The notes beneath the pieces are model-generated. The model did not search any database, had not been told where the DNA came from, and saw only the letters and a program-made list of their open reading frames with translations. Both the position numbers and the translations under genes were made by a program. A DNA stretch of 50,916 bases, taken from NCBI GenBank assembly GCA_009602735.1, contig WELA01000805.1, forward strand, positions 745,115 to 796,030, read 5' to 3'. Positions 46,488 through 50,916 of the stretch are shown here, piece after piece (position 1 is the first letter of the stretch; every line of letters starts with the position of its first letter). The DNA comes from Mesotaenium endlicherianum (Eukaryota).

Positions 46488-49400
46488 ATGCCTACTCGTA
46501 GTGGGCTCACTTATCAGCCTTACAACGAAAGGGTTAGTGGGGAAGACTCAGACTCAGATCTCAGTGCCATCACTGAACCTTCTGAAGGGGATTATCAAGT
46601 GCCTCTTCAACCTGTAGCTGTCATTGAGCCACAGCCTCATTGGACTTACATTGATCTACAGAGCTCTATGGCTGGAGACCAAGATACGAAGGTAGATAGG
46701 GCCTCTCTCTTCCGTTTCAGCGGTAGGCCATGCACCTGTGATCTGGACGACACCATTTCTGAGTTCGAGGCTGACTTTGAGAACGCAAAGCTCAAGACTC
46801 CTACGCTCACCAAACGCCAGGTGTTTGGCACGCTTATGCGTTACTTTCTTCACGAGGCTCGCGACACCTACCATGAGAAGTCGGCTGAGATCTACGCACG
46901 CACAGAGCCCGTGGGGGACCCGCCAGTGGATACCCCCATATTTGATCTTGTCCAGGCCTTCTAGAACGTTCTCAGAGAGGAGTTTCAGTCTGCCACCGAA
47001 GAGAAGGTGTACGAGCTGCACCGCTTCTACCGCCGCAAGGATGAGACGATTCGCATGATGTACCGGCGCCTGACCCACCTACGACGAGATGTGGGCACTG
47101 TTACCGACCGGGAGGCTGTGGAGATCTTCTTGCGAGCCATCGATCCGCGTCTGAGGGAGAGGGCCATCGCTCCTCTCATTGATCGCGCCGGCGTCGACTA
47201 CACGCTGGAAGACGCCTGCAAAGCTGTAGAACGTCAAAGTCTGGCTGCCGCACGGAGCAACATCAGTGATCGTGTGGGCTTGGCATCCACTGGCATACGC
47301 CAGGAAGCACCGGTGTTGCCCTCCTCGACAGCACGCGTTGCTCCTGCCCGCCAGCATCAGCAACAGCAATCGCAACGCTCGCAGTTGCCAGCACAGACCC
47401 AGTCTCACAACGCGCCACGTGGCCGTATCTCCATGGCCGCAACGACGGGCGACCTTTGCTGGGCATGTGGAGAGACGGGCCACACACGTCGTGAGTGCAC
47501 TCTGGCGCAGAACGGCAAGCCAGGCGACTGCACCTACTGCGGCAAGGCAGGCCATTTGCAAGTCGTATGCTTGCAGAAGCAGCGCGACACGGAGGTTGGA
47601 CGCGCTCATGATGATCCTGCGCCCTCTTCAGGCCAGCAAGACATGCAAAACCCTCGCATAAGAGGACGCCCCACAATCACGGCAGCCACGGCTACGACAA
47701 ACGCCGCGTTGACCCCCAGGGAGGACATCTTCAACTATGACAATCTCAGCGATGCGCTAGCTGCGTCCGAGGCGGAGAACGCGCGACACCGCGCCCTATT
47801 CGCAGCCGACAGCTTCGACGCCTGCGGAGCCTTGAACGCGCACACACTCCCGGCCGACGCTGTGGCACTGACATCTGGCGACAACGCAGCACGTGCACGC
47901 ACGCCCAATGCCGACATCTGGCAGTCCCTGCGCCGGCCACATGCCGCAGCAGCAGTGTTGCAGCCATGCGCTCGTCCGCATTACGACAGAGCGCCTATGA
48001 CGACAGCTACGGCTACAACGAATGCCGCGCTAATCCCTGGGGCCGACTATTGCAGCTTTGACGACATTAGCGATGCGCTCGTGGAGGCCAATGCCGAGAT
48101 CGCGCGTCTACGAGGCCTCTGTGTCGCCGACAGCTATGATGCGTGCGCAGCGCAGTTCATGCACAATCCTTCGATCGACGTTACAAGGGTAACATCCGCT
48201 GGTGGCGCAACTCTTGCGTGCACTCCCAGCGCCGACATTAGGTAGCCAGAGTGCCTGCCAAGTTGTGTAGCAACAGCGTTGCAACCACGCTCATGTTCGC
48301 ATGACGACGAAGCGCCTACGACGGGAGCTGCAAGCGCCGACGGCGATGCGTCTACAGTCTCAACGCACCTCGCGCTGACACCTCTCAGCTGCGAGAGGGT
48401 ATGCGCCAACGCGTTGACAGATGGCAGACCCCAGGCCTGCGCAGCTCTGGAAGCCCACGCTGCACACGACCCCACTGACGGGTCGATGCTGCAGCTACGC
48501 GCACGTCCGCACGACGACGAAGCGCTCTCGACGAGGGCTGCATTCGCCGACAGTGACGCGTTTGCAGATCCATCGCGCCCGGCTCTGACAGCTATCAGCA
48601 GCAACAGGGCGGGCCTCGACAAGCTGACAGGTGGCAGGCCCTCGGCCTGTGCAATCCTGGCAGCCCACGCTGCACACGGCCCCGCTGACGGGTCAACGCA
48701 GCCGCCTCGCGCACGTCCGCACGACGACGGAGCGCCCATGACGAAGGCCGCAGGCACCGACATCGACGCCTATGCAGGCCCGCCTCGCCCCGCGCTGACA
48801 CCTGTCAGCAACGACACGGCGAGTACCAACAGGATAATCGGTGGCAGGCCCAAGGCCCGTGTAGTCCTGACAGTCGACGATGCGAGCGTACCCACTGACG
48901 GGTCCCCGCAGCAGCCAGCGCAGCCCGCAAAGGCGTCGACACACGCGCCCTTAGCGTTCGCTGCCCTGATGGAGCCAGCAGGGCTGCACAGCGCATGTGC
49001 AACGACAGGTGACGCCCTGACGCGGACCCGCCAGTCGGTCATTCCGGCTGCAGCTTCAGCAACCATGCGAGTTACGGGCGCGCGGACGTGCCCAGTGTTG
49101 CGGACGAGCACGCAGCCACGGGACAGCCGCCCGCTGCTGGCTGCTGCTAGCAACAGGTCCCAGCGGTCGCCGCCACGTATCGCGCACACGCTGGCCAAAG
49201 CGCCGACCTTCGGCAGTGGCATGGCCAGGCGCACACGCCCATCTATACCGACGCAACAAGTTGCTCAACGCACGTTCGGCAGCAGCGCAGTCGACACAGC
49301 TCCGACACCAGCTGCGCACAGCAATTGCGCACATGGCGCAACACCGGCAGCCAACGACGCGGACGGCTCCTATGTTGCCACGCGCCCTACCACAGCATCT

Positions 49401-50588
49401 CCAGCCTGGCACAGGTCTGGGACAAACCTGCCGCAGGACTGGCAGAAGTCTGGCAGAGGTTCAGGCCAAGTTGGGAGTAGGCTAGGCACAGGCCTGGCAG
49501 AGGTTCGACACAGGTCCGGCTCGCACCTGCTTGCAGCCGCCGCAACTACGCCCTCTCGTCGTTCCACGCACGCCTCGACCACCTTCGTCTGCCACGCACG
49601 CACGCTGCCACTTGGCAGGAGCGCAACAGCCGCCAAGGCACCACGCAAGCGTATGCTGCTGACAGCAGCCGGTCGGCCAGCAGCCTCACACAAGAGAAAT
49701 GGGCCTGACTAGGGACGCCGCACAGAGGAGGCACCACGTCTTCCGCGTTCCTTCCGCGTGCTCGAGCCGCCGCCAGCGCCTGTTGCTCTCGCGCCTCACG
49801 CGCTCGCCTCGCCTATGACGATGGTGCAGCTGAACGCTGAAGTCATCTCCCTGGCCTTGCACCGCATGATAGCGGTCTCCTTCGCAGACCTTGGAGTAAC
49901 GCTGGAGGCGACGAGGCAGGCAGCTCAGCTGCTGCTGCAACCTCGCGGTGCCGGTCTACACACCGCCGCGGGCAAGCCAGCGTCCGACGCCGCAGCCGCG
50001 GTGCTCTCTGCACCCGCGCGATCTGCGCATGAGCGCAGGATGATAAGCAATCCTAACGCTGCCTTTTTGGATAACGCGCAGGGGATCGTGCTCGTCAACA
50101 CTCAGGCTCCGCAGCGGATCATGTTCGACATGGGCGCGCAGCCGGTCCTCATTAGCCTCAGCTACTTCCGACGGCTGGGCCTTTCTTCGAACGACTTGGA
50201 GGATTTGCCGACGCGGATCAACACGGCAGCTGGCACCTCCGAGTTCGTGACCGGGCGCACACGACTGGCGCTTCGCTTCACCTTCAGGCCAGGGACAGCG
50301 GACGAGACAACCATCCATCGGCACGCCCTCGTGACTCGCTCTGAGACCTTTGACGTCCTCTTGGGACAGGAGGTGCTCTTTCCCATCGGCGCCGCGGTTG
50401 ACAACTGGACCGAGCGCGTCCAGTATCGGCCCGACTGGCGTTCAAGAGGAACCCGCACGACTTCTTTGCCGCTTGACATCGTGGACCGACGTCCGACCAT
50501 GACCACTCTCTACGGCTTCCACGTCGGCTGCCCAAACCTACAACTGGCGCACGTGCCAGCTGAGACTGGTTCTGTCGCAAGTGCTTAG
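46488..50588 (+). pseudogene. Gag (two CCHC zinc knuckles) fused to a retropepsin-type aspartic protease; no RT, RNase H or integrase
   Basis: Four ORF-track entries lie in one frame, separated by single TAG codons (46962, 48243, 49710). Motifs: gag-like F.NVLREEF...ETIRMMYRRL; CWACGETGHTRREC (47457); CTYCGKAGHLQVVC (47529); protease IMFDMGAQPVLIS...FDVLLGQEVL (D at 50127). Confidence 0.9.
47670..48920 (+). repeat. In-frame tandem repeats within the gag-PR ORF (2 x 321 bp, then 3 x 210 bp)
   Basis: TATTNAAL recurs at 47688 and 48009. HDD(E/G)A recurs at 48300, 48510 and 48720. Confidence 0.85.
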
Positions 50589-50627
50589 CGTTAGCACTAG
50601 GCAGCAAGAGCTCATCAGCTGGAGGCT

Positions 50628-50643
50628 GAGAGCTGGGGGGGGG
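50628..50643 (+). other. Polypurine tract (plus-strand primer) candidate
   Basis: gagagct followed by G9, then AT and TGAAAC, directly downstream of the ORF. Confidence 0.7.
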
Positions 50644-50841
50644 ATTGAAACATCCAACACTTGCCTCCCTTTTTGGCTATAAAGCCCCATGTATTGTAGA
50701 CTTCATTATAGAAAAGCCTGCTTGCTTATTATGCATTGCTTGTGTCGATAGTACGCACCCGACCTCCTATTGCACGACAGCTGTCATGAGTTATTGAGTC
50801 GAAGTCGTTGCACGTACCCGAGCTACAAGCGTGTGAGCAAT

Positions 50842-50916
50842 TGTAATGAATCAGTATATTAGTAGATATAATATTCATTTAAATATAATAGTTAATTTAG
50901 TTCACCCTGCTGAACT
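50842..50916 (+). mobile_element. Left end of a family D-related element inserted in the second X repeat
   Basis: Begins TGTAATGAATCAG, the reverse complement of the D end at 44451-44463, and shares ttcatttaaatata with about 42890. X homology stops exactly here. Confidence 0.65.

Larger units (their letters stand above)
45189..50841 (+). mobile_element. Non-autonomous gag-protease retroelement with split/permuted terminal repeats (X-gag-PR-PPT-Y-gc-X...)
   Basis: X 45189 to about 46466; ORF 46488-50588; PPT 50628-50643; Y 50646-50779; GC spacer; second X starting at 50782, interrupted at 50842. Confidence 0.85.

Noticed and set aside
46962..49712. Programmed readthrough or a reassigned TAG codon in the gag-PR ORF
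   Set aside because: One TAG aligns with CAG in the sister repeat, and the HDAC gene ends in TAG. C-to-T decay is the simpler explanation.

Overview
Eukaryotic scaffold, most likely a streptophyte alga or early-diverging plant (inferred from plant-type genes). It has seven N-gaps. The left half (1-26.3 kb) is a GC-rich, intron-rich gene island. It holds the 3' part of a class IV/bacterial-type histone deacetylase gene, an orphan Kelch-repeat exon lying between the HDAC exons, and a plant DExH3/DExH5-like (DHX36-type) RNA helicase gene of about 20 exons (5641-26197). The right half (26.3-50.9 kb) is an AT-richer nest of transposons: a decayed piggyBac transposase split by a solo LTR, a decayed Ty3/gypsy LTR-PBS-gag fragment, and two self-nesting repeat families. 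The most unusual feature is a gag/protease retroelement (45189 onward) with a permuted, split terminal-repeat layout, X-gag-PR-PPT-Y-gc-X. Its insertion ends (TGTCATG...CACGACA, 4-bp target-site duplications) meet at an internal CA-GC-TG junction rather than lying next to the PPT. Four short X+Y relatives occur in the same window. All calls come from manual reading; no database searches were run.
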